Shown: positions 25,386 to 38,345, counted from the first letter of the stretch. The stretch is DNA of 64,000 nucleotides from Octopus sinensis (GCF_006345805.1 NC_043000.1:65596001-65660000), one strand, 5' to 3'. Numbers and translations: made by a program. The notes: generated by a model from the sequence alone, not told the origin.

Positions 25386-25989
25386 ATAAATGTACTTATC
25401 TTAAGTTTGGAATTATATTCCCTTCTATTATATATATATCAATAGCTTAAAACAATGAATCAAAACGTCACTCATTTATGGAAATTCCCTAATGACTTTT
25501 CCTAGCACTTTTTTCCAGTGAATTTCTCTGGACTCATGATGTCTATTATTATTCAATTTCTTTCTATGTAACAACGTAATAGTAGAACTAAAAAGAACTT
25601 CCTGCAAGTGGATAGAGGTCGTGACAGCAGCAATAAACATACAGAAAATAAATTTGGGGAGGGTCACTCACTATAATAGGAACTGTGACTGCAGTAACAG
25701 CAAGAGTCGAGAAAATTACTGTGGCACAGGCTTCCAGCAAACCTTCACTTTTAATCTGAGAGATAAACACTTCCTTTCAGGCATTGTTTTGACACATCTA
25801 TTTAGAAATAACAAAGCCGGTTTTCGTTTGAAGAGCGAGTACAGTTCATTTTAAGACCAGCTGTATACCGACTGCTCAACAATAGGCCGAGGAAATAAAA
25901 CTATTAAAATGGGATTAACTGAAAGTGGGATTATAGTGATATAAAATAGAAGCATTGCATTCAAACTATTTGGTATTTTGTTTTGTCAC

Positions 25990-26390
25990 AATCGTTTCTA
26001 CTCTAGGCACAAGGCCCGAAATTTTGAGGGACGGGGCCAGTCGATTAATTTATCGGCTCCGAAAGGATGAAAGGCAAAGTTGACCTCGGCGGAATTTGAA
26101 CTCAGAACGTAAAGACAGAAGAAGTACCGCTAAGCATTTCGCCCGCGTACTAACGTTTCTTATTTATTTATTGCCCACAGGGCCTAAACACAGAGGGGAC
26201 GAACAAGGACAGATAAACGGATTAAGTCGATTATATCGAGCTCAGTGCATAACTGCTACTTATTTAATCGACCCCGAAAGTATTAAAGGCAAAGTCGACC
26301 TCGGCGGAATTCGAACCAGAACGTTACGGCAGACGAAATACAGCTACGCATTTCGCCCGGCGTGCTAATGTTTCTGCCAGCACACCGTCT
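25990..26390 (-). mobile_element. Two adjacent SINE family A copies, one with the alternative 3' tail
   Basis: Family A cores near 26050-26160 and 26230-26390. Confidence 0.8.
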
Positions 26391-26603
26391 CTTGTTTTGT
26401 CAAATATCACAAATATATTTCTATTATCGTATAAAAATTAACCATCATATACGTGCAAGACGATAATAATTTTAACGATAAAAGAAGTGTAAAGGTTATA
26501 TAGAAACCAATAAACTGATGTCCTACGAAATCGGGTATCTCATAAGAATATGACTGATAAACATATATAGCTGTCTGTCTCCCCATTCACTTTTTCTATG
26601 CAT

Positions 26604-26654
<51 letters not shown>

Positions 26655-26728
26655 CACACTTACATATATATATCTATATAAATGGATATCAATATATATA
26701 TATATATATATTTATATATAATATATAT

Positions 26729-26948
26729 AACGGGAAGCTTTATGAAAATAGACAAAAGACGAAGGCAGGTTTACGGAAATAAACAAAAGACGAAGGCAGG
26801 TGGAATACAAACAAACAATTGTATTAGTATGGCGCTCAGGAAATATAAATAAGACAAGTCTTTAACGTTTCGAGCCTACGCTCTTCAACAGAAAGATACA
26901 CAGAGAAAAAACACAGAAAGAAGGAAAGAAAAAACATATGCGTGCAGA
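26729..26948 (-). mobile_element. Solo Penelope-type terminal repeat with CUGUUGA-variant hammerhead (26859-26896)
   Basis: Same family as 62970-63150 on plus. Internal duplication of about 31 bp. The 3' end abuts (TA)n. Confidence 0.75.
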
Positions 26949-27031
26949 TGGATAGATAGATATACATATGGATATATATGGATATCTATCTATCCATATA
27001 TATATATATTATATATATTATATATATATAT

Positions 27032-28240
27032 AAGGTTAATCCAAACGGGAAAACAGAAAAAACAACAACACGTGGAACAATTACAGTATTATTATTATTA
27101 GGCGCTCAGGAAAATGGAAGAAGGAGGGTATGACGTTTCGAGCGGAGCTCTTCGTCGGAAACATAAGAGAAGGAAGAAAGAAGGATCCCGATGTGGGCGA
27201 ACAGAGGGAAAAAAACGCGACTGGTGTTTACGAAGTACACATGCTGAAAGACCGGAAGTTTTGGATAACAAGGGCAAAGTAGGTTTTTAAAGCCAAAAGA
27301 GTGGAGACAGGAAGGTTGGTAACAAAAATGATGTGTATGTATGTGTGAGTGTGTGCGTGTGCGTGTGTGTATGTGTGAGGCGAGATAAAAAAACAAAAAA
27401 ATATATGTATATGTTAGTGCGTGCGTCTGTATGTAAGTGTGTGTAGTAGGGCGAACAGTAGTTGACATAGCAAGTCTCAAGTGAGTGGTCAGTGGTAAAA
27501 AAAGGAGGAAGGAGGGAAGAAGGGAAGGAGGGAAAGGGTGGGGGCGTATGTAACGTGCCAGTGTGTGTGTTGAGTGGTAGTGTGTGTGTGTCCAGTGTGC
27601 GTAGTTGTATGTATGGCAAGTAAATTTGAAGTGTGTGTAAGTGTAATGTATATATATATGCAAATGTGTGTGTGTGAGTGGGTGTGTGTATGTGTGTGCG
27701 TGTGTGTACAAAAAGGGGGTATTAAGGAAAAAAACTGCAGCTGAGGGAATGATGGAAGAGTGGTCCCGCGGCGGCAGGCGTGGGAGAACCCAAAGACACG
27801 CGCCAGCCCCAGATACGAACAGGAGATCTAGTCGGTACCCACGAGCGAGGTGCATGCATGCGTGTATGCGTGCGCGAACGCGCACAAGCGTGTATGTGCG
27901 CGCGCCTGCGAGTGTGTGTGTAAGTATGTGTGTGTGTGGATGTGTGAGTGTGTCTGTGTGTAGGTCTGGGTGTCAGTGTGTCCGATGAATGTATGTAAGT
28001 ATGTGTGTGTATATGTGTGTGTATAGATGTATGTCCGTGTGTGTGTGTGTATGTGTATGAGTGTGTATGTATGTACGTGTGTGTGTGTGGAAGTGTGTGT
28101 ATGTGCATGTGTGTGCGCGTACATGCAGGTGTGTGAGTGAGTGTGTGTATGTATGTGTGAGTGTGTATGTCTGTGTGTGTAGGATGCATGTATGTGTATG
28201 GGTGTATGTATGTATGGGTGTATGTATATATATATACATT
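27032..28240 (-). mobile_element. Penelope-like element 3' region (paralog of 19236-20882), hammerhead motif at 27128-27162
   Basis: Shared GC core CCGCGGGACCACTCTTCCATC and a shared terminal repeat. Confidence 0.7.
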
Positions 28241-28248
28241 GGATATAA

Positions 28249-28327
<79 letters not shown>

Positions 28328-28479
28328 CAAATATAGATATATATACTATATATACATATATTGTATATTATATTAGAAAAAATAAGGTTATATAATACCT
28401 GTACATCACCTCCAAACCTTCTTTTATATATATATATATATATATATAATATGGATATAACATGGAGATATATACTTGG

Positions 28480-28562
<83 letters not shown>

Positions 28563-28885
28563 GGATTAACTGTTGGAGTGGACGGACGTCTATTGTTTCT
28601 CTCCCAAGTCAGTAGCCAGCTACACAGCTTCAAAACTAACTGACCTTAAATATATATATATTTGTAACCATGTGTTTGCCTACACACCCGTAAGTACGTT
28701 TTCATTTAACTACAAATTGTTACATACACCTGTTTTTCTTTTAATATCCTCAAACAACCAAATAATCAAAAACTCACACCCTTAAGAGAGAACATTTATA
28801 TATATATATACACTTCTTTAACTCCCAAGAAAGAATATATATATTTTCAAAAATCAAAAGGAAAACAAACAAAAGAAAAACAAAC

Positions 28886-30150
28886 ATGACTAACTTGCAG
28901 GCCTGCAACAGACGAAATTGGTCTGATAACGAAATTGATATTTTAATAAAACATGGCTCTCTCTTTCCCAAACAGAAAATCTAAATGTCTTGTGTTTGAA
29001 TGAGATTGCCGAAAAAACATCACAAGTGGTCAACACACGATCCGTCAAACAGATTCGTAGCAAGTTGAAACATATCGAAGTATCTTTCAAACTGATAAGA
29101 GGCCATTATGAAAAGCTTCTACATATTTTCACAGTTCAAGAACAACAACAGCTAGAAAATCAGCAGCCACAACAACAACAACAACAGAATGAGCCACTCC
29201 TGGTTCCCAGCACAATGGCTGACCTGACATCGGTCAGGCACAACAACAACAACAACAGCCACAGCAACAAGAACAACAGCCACTCCTCAACTCTAGCTTA
29301 CTAGACGATTCACTAAATGCCAGTATCTTTTCACCGCTCTCACAGCAACCACCACAATTATCATCATCATCATCACCACCGCTGCCACCATCGTCTTCTA
29401 TCACCAAAAATACCAACAGAAAACCAAATAAGAAACCACTGCCCTCTTCCCCACATCACCACCTCAATACTACTGCAGTAAAAAAACTTAAAGAAACATA
29501 GGAAGCAGAATGCGCCCCCCACGGCTCAAACAAGAAATCCCAAATATGCCGCTATTCACTGCGCCAGAGACTCTGCACAAATAGTGACTGCATCTTCACG
29601 CATCTACCCGGCACTAGACGCACTACCGGCCAAGGCCAAAGCACGCATCCCACAATAACATCAACACCACCAAATAGTAAATCGAAATTCAAAACCACAC
29701 AACTCGGAGTCCCAAAATCTGCCGGTATTCCCAACGTGAGAGAACATGTCTACTGAGTGACTGTCCCTTCACTCATCTTCCAGGGACCCGACGCACAAAC
29801 AGAAACGGGGCCTCAAGCCAACACACAAACCTGAATAACAATAAAAATAGAAACACACCATGCTGCAGTAATGCTGGTCCAGTCTTTTCAGGAAGACACA
29901 AAAACAACAACAACAAAAGTGGAAACTACAACCCTATCCAACAGTGCAACCACACCTCCAGCCAAAAACTGCTCCCTAAGCAGGAAAATTCTTTTTTAGC
30001 CATGTTGAACATGGCAAAAGAGATACACAAAAACATTCTAGCCATCACTCAACACCATCCTATGCTATTACCCCAGTGCACCAATTCCCCACATTGCTGC
30101 CACTAACACACACAAAAAATCCAAGCCCCCTGCAACAGTCAAAACCAGCC
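28886..30150 (+). pseudogene. LINE ORF1 remnant: Myb/SANT-like N-terminus, Gln/Ser-rich linker, two CCCH zinc fingers
   Basis: MTNLQACNRRNWSDNEIDILIKH / NEIAEKTSQVVNTRSVKQIRSKLKHI. C-x8-C-x4-C-x3-H motifs at 29547-29603 and 29720-29776. Frameshifted. Confidence 0.7.
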
Positions 30151-30154
30151 ACTA

Positions 30155-33100
30155 CACTAACCTCCACATTCCTACTCAATGCACAAGGTGTCAGCCCTTC
30201 CATCAATGCACAAAAATGGAAGGTCCAATTCATTGAAGACTGGGTTGGTAACCATTCACACCACACCTTTCTTCATTCTCACTGAGACCCACCTTGACAA
30301 CTCCCACTTGGAAGCCGAAGTGAGAGTGAAGAATTTCACAACCATCCGCGCGGATCGTATCGGCAGGAGGAAGGGTGGAACTGCCATTTTCCTGCATGAT
30401 TCATTTACGGCAGATGGAAATAGTATATTCTCCAATGGCTACTGTGAATCAGTCACCGTGCACAACAAAGCCAATGACCTGACAGTAATTGGGCTCTATA
30501 GGCCGCCCCAAACACCCATACTGTGCTTTAAAGAATGCCTCAACAGCATTAAGTGCTTTATTCAACAGTGCCATTCTAGCAACATACTCATGATGGGAGA
30601 CTTCAATCTACCCTGTGTTGACTGGACTACAAACTGTTTGAAACCAAGCACTCCCGCCTCAACCGCTGACAAAGAAGCAGCAGAGTCACTTTTCGACTTT
30701 ACGAATGAGTTTTTCTTGTCCAACTTGTCCTTGCACCAACAAGACATCAGAACATTTTGGACCTAGTGTTTAGTAACCACACTAACACTATACATAACGT
30801 TACAGTGGAAAAAAACCCTTCTTTCAGACCATGACATGGTTCTCTGTAACATGAAATTCCACCAGCCGAAAGCTAATCCTAGTGACCTTCCTCCAGCCCA
30901 CCCATTTGACAACATGGATCTCCATAAAGCCAACTGGGATGCAATCAGGAACGAGCTATCAAATGTTGACTGGTCCTTTACACATACACACATCTCCACC
31001 AACCATAAAACATCTTGGCAGATCTTTGTAGACACCGTCACAGACATATGTGCAAAAACACTCCCCACCAAGACCTGTGAACAAAAAGTGCAGAATCCCC
31101 CAAAACAGAAAAACCATTATCAGAAAAATAAAAAGAACAAACAAAAAAATTAACAAACTAAAGTACTGCCAACAGCAACACACACATTCGACGGCTATCG
31201 CACTGCTTGAATCCAAAAAATATAACCTCCAACAATGCATGAAGACCCTCATCAATAACCAAAGATCAGCTGAGGAGAAGTGGGCCATTGAAAAAATCAA
31301 ACTCAACCCCAAAGTGTTCTTTTCATTTGCGAGGAAACGCAGGGTCACTGTCTCCACTGTAGGCCCTCTAATTGACGAAACTGGCACTCTCCAAGATAAT
31401 GCCAAATCCATGGCCGAGATACTGCAGAAACAATACTGCTCTGTTTTCAGCAATCCTGATATGGCCGATCTGGGCTGTATCAGTGATGTCAACCCCCAAC
31501 ACACTATATCGGACATAACGTTTAGTGCCCCTGATGTCTTAGCGGCGATAAACGAAATATAAAACACAATTCAGCAGTAGGCCCCGATAGGTTCCCTGCT
31601 TGTGTCCTGAAGGTGTGTCGACACCAACTTGCATCTCCCCTTGCTAATCTGTGGAGAAACTCACTGGATGCTGGCTATATTCCAAAAAACCTTCTGTCCC
31701 AGTCTGTTGTCCCAGTTTTCAAAAAGGGAAACAAGTCCCTTGCAGTGAATTACCGTCCGATCTCACTCACCTCTCATATCATCAAGGTATTTGAGAGGGT
31801 GGTGAGATCTCGAATAACCCAATTTCTGGAAAGCAACAGACGGCTGATCTCCAACCAACATGGGTTCCGTAATGGAAGGGACTGCCTAACGCAGCTCCTG
31901 CATCACTTTGAGGACATTTTGAGAGCTTGGGAGAGGGCTCCAACACCGATGTCATCTACCTTGATTTCAGTAAGGCCTTCGACAGGGTCGATCACAAGAT
32001 CCTATTGAAAAAACTATCCAACATTGGTGTCTCTGGAAAGTTACTGAAATGGATTAAGTGTTTCCTGACAGACAGATCTCAACATGTTGTAGTTGAAGGG
32101 GTAAAATCAAGCCCAGCCAAAGTCAGTAGTGGCGTTCCGCAAGGCACTGTGCTGGGCCCACTTCTTTTCATCATTTACATTAATGACATTAATGACATCA
32201 TCAAGCACAGCAACATAAAAATCTTTGCAGATGACTCCAAGCTACAGAAGGTCATAAATGAGGCGAGTGACCGGACATGCCTTCAGTCAGATCTACTGGC
32301 TGTTATCCAATGGGCAGAAAAAAAACAATATGCTGCTGAACGAGGATAAATTTGAGCTAATCCACTTTGGAAAAGAGGATGCCCTGAAACTCCCATACTC
32401 CCTTCCTTCAGGTGAAACTCTCGCGGCGTCCAACAACATCAGAGACTTGGGAGTAATTGTGGACAACAACGTAAGCTGGGCCACTCATATAAACACCAAA
32501 GTTGACATGGCCCGCAGAATGTGTTCCTGGATTCTCAGAACTTTCCAGTCGAGAGATATCCACACCATTATCCTTCTCTTCTCCACTTTTGCCCGACCCC
32601 ACCTTGAATACTGTTGTCCACTGTGGTCTCCCCACACAATACAAGGTATCATAAAAGTTGAAGCACCTCAAAGGGCAATCACAAAAAAGATAGATGGCAT
32701 GACAGGCCTCGACTATTGGGGTCGACTAGAAAAGCTAAAACTCTATTCTCTCCAACGTCGTCGTGAGCGCTACATCATCTGCATGATGTGGAAAATATTC
32801 CATCAGCATTGCCCAAATGATGTTGGCATCACCTTTAAGGTACATCCAAGCTTGGGCCCCGTGCCATCCGCCCAAAACAAAAATCGCACTCTCATCTCAT
32901 AACAACAATACGGCACAATTATTTCACCTCAATTGGCCCCGCTCTCTTTAACATTACACCAAAACACATTAAAACAGAAACTGACCCTATAGGGTTCAAG
33001 AAGTCTTTGGACAGATTCCTTCAAGAAATCCCGGATAAACCCCCTACACCCGGATATGTCTCTGTAAACAATAACTCTCTACTTGAGTGGGCCAAATTCT
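30155..33100 (+). pseudogene. LINE ORF2 (APE endonuclease plus reverse transcriptase), disrupted by several frameshifts and stops
   Basis: ORF-track pieces 30179-30766, 30836-31153, 31050-31562, 31613-32008, 31927-32349 and 32258-32902 tile a CR1-type pol. Confidence 0.93.
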
Positions 33101-33226
33101 GACTTGAAAGACTTCACCAGGTGGTGCTATTAAGTTAGACATGGCCTGGGCCAATAATGGCCGAAACCTATCAAAGTATCAAAGTATATATATGGATATA
33201 TATATATATATATATATATATATGGA

Positions 33227-33257
<31 letters not shown>

Positions 33258-33304
33258 GCATATATATATGCATATATGTATATTGTGTGTATGTGTGTGT
33301 GTAT

Positions 33305-34130
33305 GTGTATTTTGTATAGGGGCCATCCGGACTTCCACCTTCGCTGTGAACAAGAATTAATCTTTTTCCGCTCCTTTCTGCCACATGAGCTCAAATCCCC
33401 TTCCCTCTTCATCTGACTTCCTTCCCCTCTTCTATTCATCTGGCACCTCCTTCCCCTCTCTACTTCTACCCACCTCTCCTATCTTGCCCTGACGCCTACT
33501 TCTCTTCACTCCTAACCACCTTCTCACTTCGTTTATAACCCTCCATACACCCCCCCATCCCCCCCACACCCCCCACCCCCCCAACCCACACAACCCCCCC
33601 ATCCTACATCCAACACACCTCACATCCTCTACCCACAAACTCCACATCTCACCCCACCCACATTCTCACCGCCACATCCTTACCCCAAACTCAAATCTCA
33701 CCCTCACATCCCCAAATACCAACACTGCCACACCACATCACATGCCCCACCCCACCACTGCACATTACACCACTCCATACCACTCCGCACACACTAGCAC
33801 TGACCACTTCCCAGTACGCACACCAACATCTACACTCCCACAAATCACAGACGCCCACACTTACACACGAACTCATCCACACATCAAACTTACGAGCCCA
33901 TATCCACAAGCACACACTAACTCTCACATACACAAACGCACGCGCACATTGGTTTTCGGATCACCAGTACTCTATACTCTCTCCTTTTTCCTAGCTCTCC
34001 TATCTAACTACCTTTGTCCAACCAGTCACCATCATTGACTACTATATCCAACGAGTTCTTTTTATTCTCTCTTTATTTCCTCGTGTTTCTTTCTGTTGAA
34101 ATACTTAGGCTTAGAACGTAAAAGACTTCT
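33305..34130 (+). mobile_element. Penelope-like element 3' fragment: GIY-YIG C-terminal remnant, C/CA-rich 3' region, degenerate CUGUUGA hammerhead (34088-34125)
   Basis: HPDFHLRCEQELIFFRSFLPHELKS resembles the PLE endonuclease C-terminus (EQxLIF..L.PxGLN). The terminal repeat resembles 63000-63070. Confidence 0.55.
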
Positions 34131-35039
34131 CATCACTCCTTTTCGATTCACTAAAGTGGGTCTTTTTTTTCTTCAAAGCTTGGTTCAAACCCTCTAATTG
34201 CTGACAGTAGACTTGAGCATTGATTGTTGCATAGGTTGTAACAATTCAAAGTGAATTACTCCTATGAAATCCCACCAGATAGAGAGAAGAAACTTTTTTT
34301 CCATGAAGTTCCCTTCTCGGTTGTGGTTGAGCTTTTTCCCTTTTACCAAGCTGCAATTTGCGACGTTTAACATTTCAATAGAAGATTCATTTTCATCACC
34401 AGTCACAAATCTATAAAAAAAAGGGTGAAATGAGTTCGCGAGAATGGATAGAAGAGCAGATGTCAACTCGGGATTTGCGGTTGCTTTCGGACAATCCATG
34501 AGAAACCCCTTTTCCAAGTTTAGGAACCTTTCCAAGTTGTTGAAGATGACGATGGATAGTTGTGTGGTTTGAACTAAGCTTTATTGCCAATTCTTCAACT
34601 GATAATGCAGGATTTTCTTCAAGTAATGCTTCAAGGAGCTTATCATCAAACTCTACTGGATGTCCTGTTCAATCTTCATCTTCAAAGCTGAAATCTCCAC
34701 TTCTGAGTTTTGCAAACCATCTTCTGCAAGTTCTTTCATTCTAGCATTCTTTCCCATAAACTGAGTGTATGATTCGAGTCGCTTCGGTTGCAGAGTTTCC
34801 ATTTTTGTACTCATAAAGCATAATGTGCCTTAAATGCTCTTTGGAAATTTCCATGTTAAAAAGGGTTTTAATCAAATAAATTTTAATTCTATTATTCTGT
34901 AAAATAATATTTAATTAGTATAAATGCGCACAAATGCATAAAAATAATTTTCAATTCTATTAGACATTCTAAAATACTATTTAATTTCATTCAATTATAA
35001 AAAAGGTAAAATCGGACAGAATTTATGGGATGACCTTGT
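34131..35039 (-). mobile_element. mariner transposon, 5' two-thirds with left TIR, degenerate transposase (ATG at 34854)
   Basis: MEISKEHLRHIMLYEYKNGNSATEATR..RRWFAKLRSGDFSFED..FVTGDE..LLSIWWDFIGVIHFELL..VYCQQL. TIR ends ..GGATGACCTTG followed by TA. Confidence 0.92.
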
Positions 35040-35063
35040 TATATGTGTATACATATAATGTAC

Positions 35064-35110
<47 letters not shown>

Positions 35111-35601
35111 GATTATTAATTGAATGGACTTAAAGATTCGTCGTTATTTAGTATACAATTTAGTTATTGTTTGTTTACTATTAATACCTATACAGATGTA
35201 CATAGATTTATGTTTCTTTCTTGTAGTTTAGATTTAGCGTTGAATCCTGCCTACATTTAGACTGAATGAATGTGGTTATTACACTTTCACTTTTATATCA
35301 TACTAGGAAAGACTATGGGGAATATTTTTTGTATGACTTAAAGGTTTGGTCGCTGTGTAGTTACATATATTTAGGAGCTGATTATAGATTTACTAATTGA
35401 ATTTATTTACCGATACTGTTGTACGCAGGGTAAATTAGTTTGAAAGTTGTGGTTTCTTTGGTATGTTTATTTTCAAACAACGCTTATTTTAGTGCTGTTG
35501 ACACCACCGGACTGAATGAGATTACCGGTTGTCGAAACCAAAATGATATCCGTAGGACAGCTGATGATGGAGATATGTCGGATTATGCATGTATATACAT
35601 G

Positions 35602-35645
<44 letters not shown>

Positions 35646-35646
<1 letters not shown>

Positions 35647-35970
35647 GTAGCGAGTGACTTGATCTGAGACCGTGTGCTGGAACGAAAACAATTGCAGCGT
35701 GGAAGGTGTTTATAAGCCATTTAAGAAACACACAAAACCGTTAGATTCACTTCAACATTTAAATTTCATTTGTCAAAATAGTTTCGTTGCTTTGAGACCG
35801 CGACCTGTTCACTGACAAAGCTTCGTGATGCAGCACTAAGCTTTGTCAGTGAACAGGTCGCGGTCTCAAAGCAACGAAAATATTTTGACAAATGAAATTT
35901 AAATGTTGAAGTGAATCTAACGGTTTTGTGTGTTTCTTAAATGACTTATAAACACTTTCCACGCTGCAAT

Positions 35971-35972
<2 letters not shown>
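35646..35972 (-). mobile_element. Fold-back element: 135-bp arms (35689-35823 and 35838-35972), 14-nt loop, 43-nt tail (35646-35688), flanked by (TA)n
   Basis: Direct reading of the inverted repeat. A hammerhead-like motif lies in each arm. Confidence 0.85.
35842..35892 (+). ncRNA. Hammerhead ribozyme variant with G3-C8 swapped core (mirror copy 35769-35819 on minus)
   Basis: UUUGUCA-GUGAACA-G-GUCGC-GGUCUCAAA-GCAAC-GAAA-AUAU-UU-UGACAAA. 7-bp stem I, self-complementary AAAAUAUUUU at stem III. Confidence 0.68.
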
Positions 35973-36030
<58 letters not shown>

Positions 36031-36360
36031 ACCGAAATTTGCCATGATGAATCGGTTTCTGACTGAAGAATGAAGGCTCTGAATTACTGTCCGTTTTTCC
36101 GTGTTTGTCAATTCGTGAATTTCACGTTCTTTATATATAAGTTTTATTCTATATATATATATATATATATACATATATGTATATATATGTGTATATAATA
36201 AACATATGTACATATATACGTGTATACATATTTATATATATATATATATGTATATATTGAAGTATATATATATTGGTTATATATAATATGTATATATACA
36301 TAGATATATATGTATACATATACCTATATATAGATATAGATATATCTATATATCTATATA

Positions 36361-36479
<119 letters not shown>

Positions 36480-36489
36480 ATATATATAT

Positions 36490-36974
36490 ACTGACCATTC
36501 CTCTACGCACCCGTGTAGGTAGACACACAACAGGCAGCCACTCCTACCACAATTCTTACTATAAATTATTCCCATGACCTTAAACGATACTAAGCCCAAC
36601 CACACATAGAAAAACAGCCACAACCACACACACACACACACACACGTACTATCATTACACACACTCACACACAGACCTGCACGTGCGCACATACCCAAAC
36701 ATACACATACATGCACTCTTTTATCTTTGAAAGAACTTTTTCTTCATCCATTCCCTTCCGGTCATTTCAATACATGACCGCGTGTGTATCATTGGCGATT
36801 TTCTTTCTCCGTCTTCCTTTCTTTGGACTATTCGCTATTTCTATATTTCTGACGAAGCGTTCCGCTCGAAACGTGAAATCCTCCTTCTTTCCTTTCCTTT
36901 TCAGAGCGTCCAATAACACTATACTTATTCCACGTCCTCGCGTTGCTATGTTTTCTCTTTGTTCATGTTTGGAT

Positions 36975-36980
<6 letters not shown>
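36490..36980 (+). mobile_element. Penelope-type 3' region/terminal repeat with probably inactive hammerhead (36845-36879)
   Basis: CUGACGA-A-GCGUUCCGCUC-GAAA-CG-UG-AAAU, with G at the cleavage position. Homologous to 24735-24955. Confidence 0.7.
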
Positions 36981-37011
<31 letters not shown>

Positions 37012-37145
37012 GCGGTAATCATATTCGGTTAAAATGTTTTACATCATTTTATTCCATCGGGAATAATACCAATGTTTTCTTCGAACCATATGTCGAAAGT
37101 ATAAAGATTTGTATAATACCAGCGTTTAACTTCATTCTTAATTTA

Positions 37146-37221
<76 letters not shown>

Positions 37222-37225
<4 letters not shown>

Positions 37226-37285
37226 ATACTTTGTTAGATTTCGGTCAGTACTGGCCGATGCCATGTCTAACTTAATATTATCTAT
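37222..37285 (-). mobile_element. Extremely 5'-truncated CR1 3' end related to the 28567-33184 element
   Basis: Minus: TATTAAGTTAGACATGGCATCGGCCAGTACTGACCGAAATCTAACAAAGTATCAA, compared with 33128-33185. Confidence 0.8.
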
Positions 37286-37287
37286 TT

Positions 37288-37420
37288 CTTTATTACCCAC
37301 AAGGGGCTAAACAAGGACAGACATAGGTATTAAGTCGATTACATCGACCCCAGTGCGTAACTGGTGCTTAATTTATCGACCCCGAAAGGATGAAAGGCAA
37401 AGTCGACCTCAGCGGAATTT
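37288..37420 (-). mobile_element. SINE family A (alternative-tail subfamily), partial
   Basis: CCCACAAGGGGCTAAACAAGGACAGAC..CGACCCCGAAAGGATGAAAGGCAAAGTCGACC. Confidence 0.8.
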
Positions 37421-38107
37421 TACCACCTTGCAAAGTCATTTAAATCAGGAATGGGACGTGTCCCAGTCGAAGAGAGAGTTATTGTTTACGGTGACATATT
37501 CGGGTATAGTGGTGTCTATCTGGGATTTTTTAAAGGAATTTGTTCGAAGACTTCTTGAACTGTATGGGGTATGTTTCTGCTTTAATGTGTTTTGGTGTAA
37601 TGCTAATTAGAGCGAAGCCAATTGAGGTGAAATAATTGTGCCGTATTTAAGGTGAGGCTGGGCAAAAGTAGAGAAGAGAAGGATAATGGTGTGGATATCT
37701 CTCGACTGGAAAATTCTGAGTATTTGAAGATGACGAGGATGATAATTGTGGTGGCTACTGTGAGAATGGTGAGTGAGAGAGAGAGCTGAAGAGATACTAT
37801 CGTTCAGTAAATCAGCTATTATGCTAGAATTTAGGAGGGTCTCTTCCTGCTGTTGTTGTTGTTACTGTTCCTGATTTTCTGGCTGTTGTTGTTGTCGTTT
37901 ATCTTGTTGGTTGATGCTCCTAGTTTTCTGGTTGTTGTTGTTGTCGCTGTTGTGCTTGACCAATATTTAAAGACAATATATATATATATACATATATATA
38001 AAACTGAGAATATGTGTGTTGCATGCGTGTGCGCATCACTAAAACTCACAGAGGTAAATTCTAAAGCAAGGTTCAACAAACACACCTTAAGCTTGACACT
38101 GGAGTAA

Positions 38108-38345
38108 ACGAAAAACTACCAAATTATCCAGTTATATATGGTTCTTAAAAGAACAAGGTGTCAGCTTTAGGATTTCTGGAAGAATGTATAAACCTATAAT
38201 CAACGGTAGTAACAAGTGCGGTCTTTGTAATATGGAAAGATGACTTATCTGGAAATGTTCCTTGGACCCCGCTACATGTCTAAATTCAAGAACTGTACTT
38301 TTTTGATCATGTCCATGCGTGACAAAATACCTGTCACGGTTTTGA
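38108..38345 (+). mobile_element. Penelope-like GIY-YIG endonuclease C-terminal fragment
   Basis: SSYIWFLKEQGVSFRI..KPIINGSNKCGLCNME..LNSR resembles the LS.HIW.LK..W..KPY....C.LC..EK..LN.R motif of PLE endonucleases. Confidence 0.65.

Larger units (their letters stand above)
28567..33184 (+). mobile_element. Near full-length CR1-group LINE with 13-bp TSD TATATATATGGAT and short (ATCAAAGT) tail repeat
   Basis: TSD at 28554-28566 and 33185-33197. ORF1 remnant, then APE (ILTETHL, IGLYRPP, MMGDFNLP, SDHDMV) and RT (NYRPISLTSHIIKVFE, NQHGFR, YLDFSKAFDRVDH, SGVPQGTVLGPLLF, IFADDSK). Confidence 0.95.

Noticed and set aside
30959-31567. 202-aa minus-strand ORF (and 17849-18352 on plus)
   Set aside because: These are antisense shadows of LINE coding sequence.
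35480-35590. CTGTTGA..GAAA and CTGATGA motifs as additional hammerheads
   Set aside because: I could not assemble consistent stems I and III around either core.
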